DNA of 64,000 bases from Octopus sinensis (GCF_006345805.1 NC_043000.1:1984001-2048000); one strand, 5' to 3'; counted from the stretch's first letter, positions 10,591-22,090 are shown. Made by a program: numbers and translations. The notes: generated by a model from the letters alone, not told the origin.

Positions 10591-12508
10591 GATAAGAAAA
10601 AATTTGCCAATGTTCTGCGCTGTGAGGATGAAAGACTTGAGGTATTTCGTGTTGCAAGACAGTGTGTGAGAGAGAATCGTGATGTGGTAGGAGAGAAGTG
10701 TGTTCGCAAGGATGACGGTTCACTTGCGCTAAATGAGGATGCAAAGAGAGAGGTTTGGAGATGCCACTATGAAAGGTTGCTAAATAAAGAAAATGAATGG
10801 GATAAAGAGAGCCTGCCAAATGTCAACCCAACAGAGGGTCCAGCCATCCGAGTTGATAATTCTTTGATAGTTAAAGCAATTAGAAGCATGAAGACAGGGA
10901 AAGCCCCAGGCCCATCAGGAATTACTGCAGAGATGCTCAAAATATCTGGCAGTGTCGGCTATAACCTAGTCACCCGTATAGTTAACCAGGTGATACACAA
11001 AGGAGTCATACCCAATGACTGGTGTAGCAGCATACTAGTCAACTGCTACAAAGGTAAAGGAGACGCCCTAGATACAAATAATTACCGAGGTATCAAGCTG
11101 TTGGATCAGGTAATGAAGGTTACAGAGAAGGTCATAGCCCAACTGATTAGGGAGAGAGTCAACTTGGACGAGATGCAGTTTGGTTTCATGCCAGGGAAAA
11201 GCACCACTGATGCCATATTTCTGGTGAGACAGCTGCAGGAGGAATACCTAGCCAAAGATAAGCCCCTGTACCTGGCTTTTGTTGACATGGAGAAAGCCTT
11301 TGACAGGGTCCCCCGATCCCTTATCTGGTGGTCAATGAGGAAACTAGGGATAGATGAATGGCTGGTGAGGGCTGTGCAAGCCATGTACAGGGATGCCGTA
11401 AGTAAGGTTAGGGTTGGCAACATGTACACAGAAGAATTCAAAGTAGAGGTTGGGGTCCACTAGGGTTCAGTACTCAGCCCCCCTCCTATTTATCATAGTC
11501 CTCCAGGCAATTGTGGAGGAATTCAAGACAGGTTGCCCCTGGGAGCTCCTATATGCTGACGACCTTGCTCTAATTGCTGAGTTACTATCAGAACTGGAGG
11601 CGAAGTTCCAGGTGTGGAAGGAGGGTCTAGAATCGAGGGGCCTTAGAGTCAACCTAGCTAAAACCAAAATACTAATAAGTAGGAAGGTAGACAAATCTCA
11701 AACGCCTTCAGGTAGATGGCCCTGCTCGATCTGTAGAAAAGGTGTAGGTAGAAACTCTATAAGATGTACCCAGTGTAAGCTATGGACACATAAGAGGTGC
11801 AGCAATGTCAAAGGAAGGCTAACTGGGAAGATAGTTTTTGTATGTGGCAGATGCTCGGGAGCATTAACCTCTGAAAATCTGCAGAAAACAACTTCCGTCA
11901 CTTTCCAGGGGGAAAAACTAGAAGTAGTTGATAGCTTCCGCTATCTTGGTGACCAAGTCAGTAGTGGGGGTGGGTGTGCTGAAAGTGTAATGGCTAGAGT
12001 AAGAATAGCCTGGGCAAAGTTTAGGGAGCTCTTACCTCTGCTGGTGACTAAAGGCCTCTTGCTCAGAGTAAAAGGCAGACCGTATGATGCATGTGTACGA
12101 ACAGCCATGCTACATGGCAGTGAAACATGGGCCGTGACTGCTGAGGACATGTGTAAGCTCGCGAGAAATGAAGCCAGTATGCTCCGATGGATGTGTAATG
12201 TCAGTGTGCATGCTTGACAGAGCGTTAGTACCCTGAGAGAAATGTTGGACCTAAGGAGCATCAGTTGTGGTGTGCAAGAGAGACGATTGCACTGGTATGG
12301 TCATGTGGCGAGAATGGATGAACATAGGTGTGTGAAAAAGTGCCAATCCCTAGTAGTGGAGGGAACCCGTGGAAGAGGTAGACCCAGGAAAACTTGGGAT
12401 GAGGTGGTGAAGCACGTCCTTCGAACTTTAGGTCTCACTGAGGAAATGACCAGCGACCGAGACCTTTGGAAATTTGCTGTGCGTGAAAAGACCAGGCAGG
12501 ACAAGTGA
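10591..12508 (+). pseudogene. Disrupted RTE ORF2 (reverse transcriptase with PHD finger)
   Basis: TAG at 11461-63 (GVH*GS for GVHQGS), +1 frameshift in the C-run near 11478-84, TGA at 12215-17. C4HC3 motif at 11723-11854. Confidence 0.93.
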
Positions 12509-13105
12509 GTCCAGCCCACTTATGCATGCCTTTCCTCCCTTGGACACACAAAGACCTGTTGAGGCAAGCGAAGTCGATATCGAACCTGATCCGACGACAG
12601 GCACCTATGCCACCCCCCACCCCCTTTGCTTGCGAAGACCTGTTGGGGCAAGTGAAATCGGAATCGAAATTGAACCAATCCTATGACTGGCACCCGGCAG
12701 ATGCCAGGACCCCTGGACTGGAGATATGTAAAAAGCACTATCCGAATCGTGGCCGATGCCAGTCCCGCTTCGACTGGCTTCCGTGTCGGTGGCACGTAAA
12801 AAGCACCATCCGAATCGTGGCCGAAGCCAGTGCCGCCTCGACTGGCTTCCGTGCAGGTGGCATGTAAAATGCACCAATCCGACCGTGGCCAATGCCAGCC
12901 TCGCCTGGCACCAGTGCAGGTGGCACGTAAAAAGCACCCACTACACTCTCGGAGTGGTTGGCGTTAGGAAGGGCATCAAGCTGTAGAAACTTTACCAGAT
13001 AAGACCGGAGCCTGGTGCAGCCTTCTGGCTTCCCAGATCCCTGGTCGAACCGTCCAATCCATGCTAGCATGGAGAACGGACGTTGAACGATGATGATGAT
13101 GATGA
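10591..13105 (+). mobile_element. 5'-truncated RTE-clade LINE, 2.5 kb
   Basis: RT motifs (GKAPGPSG, YRGIKLL, QFGFMPGKSTTDAIF, AFVDMEKAFDRV, YADD, YLG), RTE C-terminus (RRLHWYGHVARM..GRGRPRKTW), 3'UTR repeats, (GAT)n tail. Confidence 0.97.
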
Positions 13106-13238
13106 GTGAACTGGAGCCATGTGAAAACAAAAAAAACTGTCTTCCTTATGAAGACAACACATAGCCTGATGTGGAAATTGAACTCATAGCTTCATTATTA
13201 TAAGCTCAACAATCTAACCATTGAGCCACGTGTCTTCT
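13106..13238 (-). mobile_element. SINE family D, right half (tRNA head)
   Basis: GTGAACTGGAGC..CTAACCATTGAGCCACGTG continues the D consensus after the RTE tail. Confidence 0.75.
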
Positions 13239-13634
13239 ATAAGGGAAAGAAACGTTATTAACTTGAATAACAATTCTTGTGAAGAAAAGCAAGCGAGAAG
13301 AGTCTGAAATCCAAATTGCTAAAATCTAATGGAAGTTGGCTCACATTGGAAAATGTGTTTGAATTGATTAAGAAAATGGGTCTGTTTTATAGTGTGAACG
13401 ACAGCATAAGGTGTCTTCTTCATTTACTGTCATTCTATCTAGAACCCCTTTCATTGATCCCTCAATCACTCTTACTGTACTATGCTGCTTGTGTGACTAA
13501 GGATAGAAGTATAGGGTGGGCCAAAAGCCCTACACAAAATAAGTTCAATACACTCTGGAATTGTCAAAGACATGCTTCAAATTTTCTAAAATTGAATAAA
13601 ATTAATATAATAATGAATACACACATACTTGTAC

Positions 13635-13849
13635 ATTCTTTTATTCTTTTACTTGTTTCAGTCATTTGACTGTGGCTATGCTGGAGCACTGCCTTTAGTC
13701 AAACCAAAAACCCCAGGACTTATTCTTTGTAAGGCTTGTACTTATTCTGTCAGTTTCTTTTGCAAAAACGCTAAGTTACAGATATGTAAACATACCAACA
13801 TCAGTTGTCAAGCGATGGAGGGGGGACAAACACAGACACACAAATATAT

Positions 13850-13903
<54 letters not shown>

Positions 13904-14052
13904 AGCTTCTTTCAGTTTCCATCTACCAAATCCACTCACAAGGCTTTGGTTGGCCCAAGGCCATAGCACAAGACACTTGCCCAAGGTGCCATGCAGTGGG
14001 ACTGAACTTGGAACCATGTGGTTGGGAAGCAAGCTTTTTACCACACAGCCAT
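13635..14052 (-). mobile_element. SINE family A
   Basis: Full head, microsatellite and tail architecture in reverse. Confidence 0.85.
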
Positions 14053-14057
14053 TTGAT

Positions 14058-14410
14058 GAACAATCATCATTATCGTTTAACATCCACTTTCCATGCTGGC
14101 ATGGGTTGGATGGTTTGACTCAGGACTGGCAAGGCTGCACCAGGCTCCAATCTGATCTGGCAAGGTTTCTATAGCTGGATGCCCTTCCCAATGCCAACCA
14201 CTCTAAGAGTGTAGTGGTTGCTTTTTATGTGCCACCAGTATGGGAGCCAGTTAGGCAGCACTAGCAACGACCACGCTTGAATGGTGCTGTTTACATGCCC
14301 CCCCGGCATGGGAGCCAGTCAGACAGCATTGACATTGACCATGTTCATTTGGTGCATTTTATGTGCCACTGACATGGGAGCTAGTCTGGAAAGAATGGCA
14401 TTGATCATAA
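14058..14410 (-). mobile_element. RTE 3'UTR copy (older)
   Basis: CATCATTATCGTTTAACATCC..GGATGCCCTTCC with about 3 degenerate repeat units. Confidence 0.75.
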
Positions 14411-14673
14411 TAATAATCCTTTCTACTAAGTACAAGGCCTGGAATGTGTGGTGAGGGCGAGAGTCAATCACATTGACCCCAGTACTTAACTAATACTTAT
14501 TTTATCAACCCCCAAAAGGATGAAAGGCAATGTCGACCTTAGCAGAAATTGAACTCAGAACATAAATCTTGGATGGAATGCTGCTAAGCATTTTTCCCTG
14601 TGTACTAATGATTCTGTCAGCTCACTGCCTTACTAAATAATAATAATAAAAATAATAATAATAATAATAAAAA

Positions 14674-14903
14674 GGCAGCGAGCTGGCAGAAATGTTAGCA
14701 CGCCGGCCGAAATGCGTAGCCGTATTTCGTCTGCTGTTACGTTCTGAGTTCAAATTCCGCCGAGGTCGACTATACCTTTCATCCTTCCGAGGTCGATAAA
14801 TTAAGTACCAGTTACGCACTGGGGTCGATGTAATCGACTTAATCTGTTTGTCTGTCCTTGTTTGTCCCCTCTGTGTTTAGCCCCATGTGGGTAATAAAGA
14901 AAC
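14674..14903 (+). mobile_element. SINE family B (tRNA head, Meta-SINE-like central domain) inside an (AAT)n tract
   Basis: GGCAGCGAGCTGGCAGAA..GAGTTCAAATTCC..CCTTTCATCCTTCCGAGGTCGATAAATTAAGTACCAG..AAAGAAA. Confidence 0.88.
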
Positions 14904-15181
14904 AGAATAATAATAATAATAATAGTAGTAATAATAATGATAATGAGAATACTAAAAATGAACCTGGTCACTCTCAGAAACTAAATAAAGAAAACAGGAA
15001 AAATAATCCAGAATCCTTGTCCTGTACCGGATCGATCCCCAAATCTAATCAGTTTGTGCCAGTCATTGAGGTCAAACATCCTGAAAGTTTCATCCGAATC
15101 CATCTTGCAGATATGTTGTCCACAGACAAACAAACAAACAAACACAACTGAAAACAGTACCTCCACCTAAGCGAAATCAGA

Positions 15182-15215
<34 letters not shown>

Positions 15216-15218
<3 letters not shown>

Positions 15219-15463
15219 TGGCACATAAAAAACACCATCCGAGCGTGGCCGTTCGCCTGCCTCGTCTGGCACCTGTGTCGGTGGCACATAAAATCACCCA
15301 CTACACTCTCGGAGTGGTTGGCGTTAGGAAGGGCATCCAGCTGTAGAAACACTGCCAGATCAGACTGGCCTGGTGCAGCCTCCGGGCTCCCCAGACCCCA
15401 GTTGAACCGTCCAACCATGTTAGCATGGAAAGCGGACGTTAAACGATGATGATGATGATGATG
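15216..15463 (+). mobile_element. RTE 3'UTR-only copy
   Basis: GTGGCACATAAAA repeat, GGCGTTAGGAAGGGCATCC, (GAT)n tail. Confidence 0.85.
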
Positions 15464-15559
15464 TTGAATTATTTTGTGCCTGACTTTTGGCCCATCCTGT
15501 AGATAACCCCTCACCATACAAGGCTTTTGGTGTAACTAGGGATGTCACTGGACATATCT

Positions 15560-15890
15560 GACTTTTGCTTCCCTTGGTTTCACTGTGTGGTACTTTGGGC
15601 TATTGTCTTCTATAGCCTCAGGCCAACCAAAGCCTTGTGAGTAGATTTAGTTGAACATTATCTATATATGTTGGTGTGCGTGTGTTACTTTCTCCTTGCC
15701 TTAACATTGCATAACAGTTGTAAATAAATGTTATAATAAATGCAAGTGATGTCCTTCATTTTATTCTCTTTCATGTAAACATGCCTGGTCATGGGGAAAT
15801 ATTACCAGTGCTTGGAAACAGGTGAATGGGAGTGTCAGGAATGGCATTTGGTCATAGAAAATTTGCTCCAACAAATGTTGTCCAATCCAT
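15560..15890 (+). mobile_element. Decayed SINE-A head with RTE-type tail
   Basis: Same architecture as 8950-9290 (GGTCATGGGGAAATATTACC). Confidence 0.55.
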
Positions 15891-16953
15891 GTAGTTCCTC
15901 TACACTAAGAAACCTGTTCTGTTCCAACCCTTTTCTCTTGTACTCTACCCCTCTTTGCTCCTCATCTCCTAGTATAAAGTTGCCCCTGCACAAGGTTCAT
16001 AGTCTGGCAAATTCACTCGTGCTGATGGCACACAAAAAAAGGGACCCACTACATGCTTTAAAGTGGTTGGTATTAGGAATGGTGTCCAACCATAAAAACC
16101 ATTTCTAAGCTGAAACTGAAGTACAATGCAGTCCTTGAACCACTCGGTTCGTGTCAAACCACCCAACCTATGTCTGCATGGAACAAGGATGTTCAGTGAT
16201 GGTGAAAAGGATGATTACTATTTCTCACTCTCACAACTCTTCTACTACCCTTATTCTCCAATCACTCTATTTCTACCATCACATTCTTGCTCCCTTCACC
16301 CACCTACTCAAGATCTGCTCTTGTTTTCACTCTCTCTTCTATTCATCTCCTCAGCCACAGTATTGAGTCAATGAGTGATGAGGACCCACTAATCTTATGA
16401 GGCACAAACCAGTTTCTCTAGTATGGATGACATTTTAAAATGCACACGAAACAATCTGTAAAGTGGTGGGTGAACATGTAGCAGCATGGTTGAGAACATA
16501 ACTACTCTAGTGCTGGTGCCTTGATAAAATGCACCCATCTGCAAATTGGTTAGTGTTAGGAAGGGAATCCAGTCATAGGAAGGAAAGAAAAAAACTCCCA
16601 ATACACTGTAAAGTGGTTGGCATTAGGAAGGTTATCTAGCCATAAAAACCATACCATTTGCAAAAATAACAGTACATTTCTAATGAAAGTTCTACTTTCT
16701 CAATTTTCATTGCCCTATTTCTTTGCTGTCTGAAAGATGTTTGGATCACCCACAATTTTCTCAAAATTCTTACACCACCTACCAAAATGACAAGATCAAT
16801 CACCAATGTGTGATATGACCTAGGATGGAAAAACATGACTACAACGCTCCCCTTAGGGCCCATACCACCCCAATCAAGACAGAAAAAAACGTATGAATGG
16901 GAAAAGGACGGTTTCATACTATTAGCAATTAAAATGATTATGCATTTAACAAT

Positions 16954-17246
16954 TTACATGAGGGGATTGGATGAAACGATACATGAAACAAGTTTGTTAT
17001 CCCAAAGATGGCCATTTACTCTTAAAAACAGTTGCATCTCCAGATATACGGGTGATAATTGATGTCTTGTATCATCGAAGGCATTCACTGCTACACTGAA
17101 GAACCTTTCAACCAAGTTAGTCGTTGGCAAAATGAATGCTGTATAACTTGGTTGGCTAGGACCCGTCTCTCTTTGACGCATTTTGCAAGTGAAGATGTCC
17201 GGTTCATCATCCAAAACCACTTCTTGTTCTGGTGTGTTGGGCAGTT
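16954..17246 (-). pseudogene. DNA transposase C-terminal fragment (hAT-like dimerisation region)
   Basis: AFILPTTNLVERFFSVAVNAFDDTRHQLSPVYLEMQLFLRVNGHLWD carries the hAT-type (S/T)..ER.FS signature. Confidence 0.6.
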
Positions 17247-17250
17247 TTAA

Positions 17251-17469
17251 CCCTTTAGTGTTTAAACCGGCCATATCCGGCCCAAATAATCTACCTGTTT
17301 TCTGTTAAAACTGCCCAGATTTGGTATCTCACACCAACCTATAATGTCAATCTAAAAACAGGTGATAACATCATTGAAATCTTAAAGCTACGAAATAATG
17401 CATGTTTAGCTTAAAACAATATGGATGAATAAATATTATATTTGACAGAATAATCTGAATGCTAAAGGG
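17251..17469. mobile_element. piggyBac-type MITE
   Basis: TTAA|CCCTTTAG ... CTAAAGGG|TTAA. Confidence 0.8.
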
Positions 17470-17819
17470 TTAAGGTTACAACAGATTCCTTTTCATCTGC
17501 AGCCAGCTGAGTGGCTTTTTGATTTTGTATTTTTTTACCAAATATTTCTCAAACAAAGGGAATTGGACTGCAATTAATTGCAATCTTTGCAGTAATCGTA
17601 GCTTTGCAATAAATCATTGCAATTGAAAAGAGCTTAGCAGTAAATTAATTGCAATTAATTTTTGACAACCCCTGAAATGGATGCACGAAGCAATGTTGAA
17701 TGAAATGTTTTACTCAGAAACACAACGAAACTTCTGCCGTGGATTATTACCCACAATCAATGAACTGACACTGTTATAATCTTGCTGACCCAGCCAATAT
17801 AGAGTTATATGTACCAATA

Positions 17820-18293
17820 TATAAAACTGTAGTTGTGTGAGTGTCTGTCCCCTTCGATTTAGATTCCTAACTACTCCCACATTTATAGTCGTGATTAATT
17901 TCGAGCCCGTCTGGCTATTAGCGCGCGTCTACGATGAGTCTACGATTTTAAAAATAATTTAACATTATTTTTTATTCCATTTTAATGCATAATTTTTCGT
18001 GTGTCGATGGCGGCGGAGTTGGCGTCCACGCTCACAGCTGCACCTGTGTTGCTCCTCCCCCTTCTTCCCTCCCTCGTGAAGCTGTGGGGAAGGGAGTGTA
18101 AGGAAATCAACGTCGTAATGCGTTGTCAAGGAGACCAGCGTTCTTTTAGAACAACGACTTCATGGCTTGAAGACACCAAAACAGAAATGGCTAAGAAAGC
18201 CCGAATTGGCATCTATAAGGGAAGTAACTCTCTAAAAATGCTTATATAGTTATTTCCCTTACAAACGCGAGCAACGCCGGGCGATACTGCTAG
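17820..18293 (+). mobile_element. Non-autonomous Helitron, solo copy lacking the 5' TC
   Basis: Homologous to 25995-26499; ends CGCGAGCAACGCCGGGCGATACTGCTAG. Confidence 0.85.
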
Positions 18294-18557
18294 TGTACCA
18301 ATAGATGTAAACACGAGATCTATCATCTTGCAGCCCAATTTCCTATTTAGCTGGCGATGTTGCAGGGTATATCGTAGGACTAAACTTATAGATGAAGCTA
18401 TTTTCCTTCACATTTATCTGACTTTCAGATATTTATTGGTCAGTGTTGTTCAATATATTTTATTATTTTTTAATCGACTTTTTAAACTCTTTAATGATTG
18501 TTAATTAGTGCTTCTCCCCATTTTCTGCTTATCAACTCCCGAACATTATTTCAGACT

Positions 18558-18941
18558 TGGAAGCACTCCGTCGGTTCCGAAGACGAGGGTTCCGGTTGAT
18601 CCGAATCAACGGAACAGCCTGCTCGTGAAATTAACGTGCAAGTGGCTGAGCACTCCACAGACACGTGTACCCTTAACGTAGTTCTCGGGGATATTCAGCG
18701 TGACACAGAGAGTGACAAGGCCGGCCCTTTGAAATACAGGTACAACAGAAACAGGAAGTAAGAGTGAGAGAAAGTTGTGGTGAAAGAGTACAGCAGGGAT
18801 CACCACCATCCCTGCCGGAGCCTCGTGGAGCTTTAGGTGTTTTCGCTCAATAAACACTCACAACGCCCGATCTGGGAATCGATACCGCGATCCTATGACC
18901 GCGAGTCCGCTGCCCTAACCACTGGGCCATTGCGCCTCCAC
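18558..18941 (-). mobile_element. SINE family C with 11-bp TSD
   Basis: TSD TATTTCAGACT at 18547-57 and 18942-52. Confidence 0.92.
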
Positions 18942-19037
18942 TATTTCAGACTAAAAAAGAAAAAAAAAATGAAAAATAAGACAGCTACGTACAGTTTTGC
19001 ATAGTTACCTCCCTTCACTTAAAAATAAATAAATAAT

Positions 19038-19408
19038 CATCATCATTGTTCGACTGTGGTCGAGACAATGGAATTTTCCATGCTACGCCAGACTTCACGG
19101 TCCATCATGGCATAACGGAGGTCCTGTTGCTGGATGCCTGTATCCCTGGAGATTACATCAGGGTAGGAGAGTGTGCGCCCTCTGGTACTGCGAGTAGATG
19201 GCTTCCAGAGAAGAAGAGTAGAAATTACCTCTTTTTCAGCTCTACAACAATGTCCAGCAAACTGGACTCTCCTACCTTTCACAAGAGATGACACAGGTGG
19301 TAGTTTCCCATATATTTGTACTTTGGTTGGATGGCGCTTCCACGAGAGATTTTGAGCTCTCATAAGGAGGCGAGTGTAGGTCCCATCCAACCGCCTCTCA
19401 AGCTTCTT
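19038..19408 (-). mobile_element. 5'-truncated RTEX-like LINE 3' end
   Basis: LDGTYTRLLMRAQNLSWKRHPTK..LPPVSS..RRVQFAGHC..LLLWKP..AMMDREVWR, (TGA)n tail, 9-bp TSD ATAAATAAT (19029-37, 19409-17). Confidence 0.85.
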
Positions 19409-19684
19409 ATAAATAATAATAACTGTACTGAAACGACTTGGTACATAAATTGTTCTCCTGATTGTCAACTTAATATAACAGTGTCTCAGAGCGAAAATAG
19501 ACCCGACTCAAGAGAACCATGTTCAGCAAATTGGTATCTTGAAGGTCATCGTTGGCGTTTATTTTGTCCTGCCATCTGAAGTCCCACATCATTGTTCTTA
19601 ACTCTGAGTGCTTAATTTTCCAGTCACCTTCTTGCACAATCAAAGACACAATGTCATCTAACCAAAAATTAAATTTACAGTCAC

Positions 19685-19840
19685 AGGCGCGACTGTGTGA
19701 TAAGAAGTTTGCTTTCCAACCTCATGGTTCCAGGACAGTTCCACTGCGTGGTGTCTTGGACAAGTGCCTTCTACTACAGACCCGAGCCGACCAAAGCATT
19801 GTGCATAGATTTGGTAGTTGGAAACTGAAAGAAGCCTGTC

Positions 19841-19878
<38 letters not shown>

Positions 19879-20300
19879 TTCTTTACTACCCACAAGGGGC
19901 TAAACACAGAGGGGACAAACAAGGACAGACAAAGGTATTAAGTCGATTACATCGACCTCAGTACGTAACTGGTACTTAATTCATCGACCCCGAAAGGATG
20001 AAAGGCAAAGTCGACCTCGGCGGAATTTGAACTTGGAACGTAACGACAGACGAAATACGGCTACGCAGGTCGCCCGGCGTGCTAACGTTTCTGCCATATA
20101 TATATATATGCTTGTGTCTTTGTGCCTATGTTTGTATTGCTTGACAACCGGTGTTGATGTGTTTACGTCCCCGTAAGTTAGCGGTTTGGCAAAAGAGACC
20201 GATTGAATAAATAACGGGCTTAAAATTTAATAAGTACTGGGGTCGATTCGTTCGGCTAAAATTCTTCAAAGTAATGCCCCAGCATGGCCACTAATTGCTA
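19685..20300 (+). mobile_element. SINE family A interrupted at its (TA)n by SINE-B
   Basis: A head 19685-19875; A 3' half resumes after 20096. Confidence 0.8.
19876..20095 (-). mobile_element. SINE family B nested antisense in SINE-A
   Basis: TATTTCTTTACTACCCACAAGGGG...CTAACGTTTCTGCC between TA runs. Confidence 0.88.
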
Positions 20301-20899
20301 ACTAAAACAATGTAAAGGAAGTTCACTATGAAAATAAGCTATGTAAATGGATATTCTAAGGGGCATAACTGGGTATATTATATTTTGACGTTTATCTCCC
20401 TTGTCATTGTGTTGCGCTTCTCTGCCGAAGTTTTTCACTTTATTCAAGTCAACATGGTCAATGTGCAATCTTTTTACCATATTGTTGATTTGGCAAATTC
20501 ACCAGCAAATATTGGATTCCTGATGAATATTCCCCTAAAAAAATCTACAAGAAATAAAAATATTAAATTTTACCGCTGAAGCTAATTTTATTTAACTTTG
20601 GATAAGTGTTTAAACTAATAACGTTCATTCACCAAGGGGCATGTCATTATTTCTAATACGTTATCACAGAACAGTAAAACGTGTTATTAGTTAACATAAG
20701 GAATGAGCCAGAAGAATCATTAGAGCATCGAAAAAATATTTTATGGTATTTCTACTGGCCCTTTGTTACCAGCAGAAGTAATAGCTCCCTGAACTTTTTC
20801 CAACGTGTTCTTACCTGACTACTATCCTTTCGGAACATCTGCTTCCATTGCTAATTATGTCATCTAGGTAATGGAAGCTAATAACTTTTAGCGAGCCAG

Positions 20900-21428
20900 C
20901 TAGGCATTTTTTGTGTGCTTATTGCTCTAGTGCAACCATTACATACAAAGCTTGCTTTCTCTGTTTGTCTGCCTGTAATTCCACTAAATCTATTGTTTCC
21001 ATAGTTTACATTGAGTACAGTATATGGAGTTCCCCAAAACTAGTATCAAGTACTACTAGGTTCCTATTTTCTTTTCGTCTTACTACTGCCTTAGTCTAAG
21101 ACAAGTTTGATAGGAGGCTTCTCAATTCTAGGTTTTGTTCCCAGGTCTGAAATTTCTTTTCTAATTCTACTATAGATTCAACTTTAAGAACCAGATCATT
21201 AGTATATACGAGTTCCCAGGGACAGCTTATCTTGATCAATTTTGTGAAGGCCTGGAAAATGATAATGATGAATAAGAGAGGGCTGAGGACTGAACCTTGA
21301 TGGACTCCCACATTCATGCTTATTATTATTGCACTTATTATTGACTCTCACTTTATGACTATACTTTTCAACATATCTTGTACATCTCTCACAAACCATT
21401 TATCTAGCTTCCATATTGACCACTATAA
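20900..21428 (-). mobile_element. Decayed RTE RT fragment
   Basis: VGVHQGSVLSPLLFII..CPWELVYTNDLVL (YADD equivalent). Confidence 0.75.
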
Positions 21429-21430
21429 TA

Positions 21431-22090
21431 CAAGGTGTAGTCAAAAAGTATCCGACAGTCGGCCAAAAACAAGTAATATTAAAAAATATACCATTTTGAT
21501 TTAGTCTCCTTCAAAGTATTCGCCTTGGGAGTTTACACACTTCTGCCAGCATTCCTACCACTGCTGGAAATATTTCTGGAAATTGCTTTTTGGGATGTCA
21601 AATTTTGTTTAATGTCCTCTGTTGACTGAAATCTTCTCCCTTTGAGTGTTTTTTTGAGCTTTGGGAATAGTCAAAAATTACACAGAGCCAAATCTGGGGA
21701 GTAGGAAACCTAACGAACAAGTAGTGTGTTTTTCTTGACGAGGAATGCTTGGACGACATAGGCAGAATGAGTGGGTGTGTTGTCATGGTGGTGTTGCCAA
21801 TTCTTTGCTTGATAGACTGGGCTTGTATATCACCAAGTTTTTGGCAGAATTTGATGACCGAGCTCAATGTGCTCAGTCATCTTAACTTAAAAAGAAAAAT
21901 CACACAGCACACTCTTCACATTTGTACTCAATGCATCACTGCAGGTGAATGGTGCAACCTACAAACACGAAAAGTTTTGCACATGCACAGGAAGGATGTG
22001 GCCACCTGATACCCATGTGGATTTTGCTCATACATTATTATTTTGTGCAAAAAAAAAAATCAAGGTTGGATACTTTTTGATTACACCACA
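21431..22090 (-). mobile_element. Internally deleted mariner element
   Basis: TIRs CAAGGTGTAGTCAAAAAGTATCC / GGATACTTTTTGATTACACCACA with TA flanks. Minus strand encodes IKFCQKLGD and HHDNTPTHSA..YSPDLALCNF*LFPKLK. Confidence 0.88.

Noticed and set aside
12760-12930. CRISPR-like repeated GTGGCACGTAAAAAGCACC with intervening sequence (also 9620-9830 and 47215-47680)
   Set aside because: The intervening sequences are homologous to each other, the units lie in a LINE 3'UTR, there are no cas genes, and the context is eukaryotic.
18001-18249. Recurring ORF LVKLWGRECKEINVV..KMLI (also 26264 and 26705)
   Set aside because: Internal to the Helitron copies, with different starts and frames upstream in each copy and no recognisable domain. 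A captured gene fragment is not supported.
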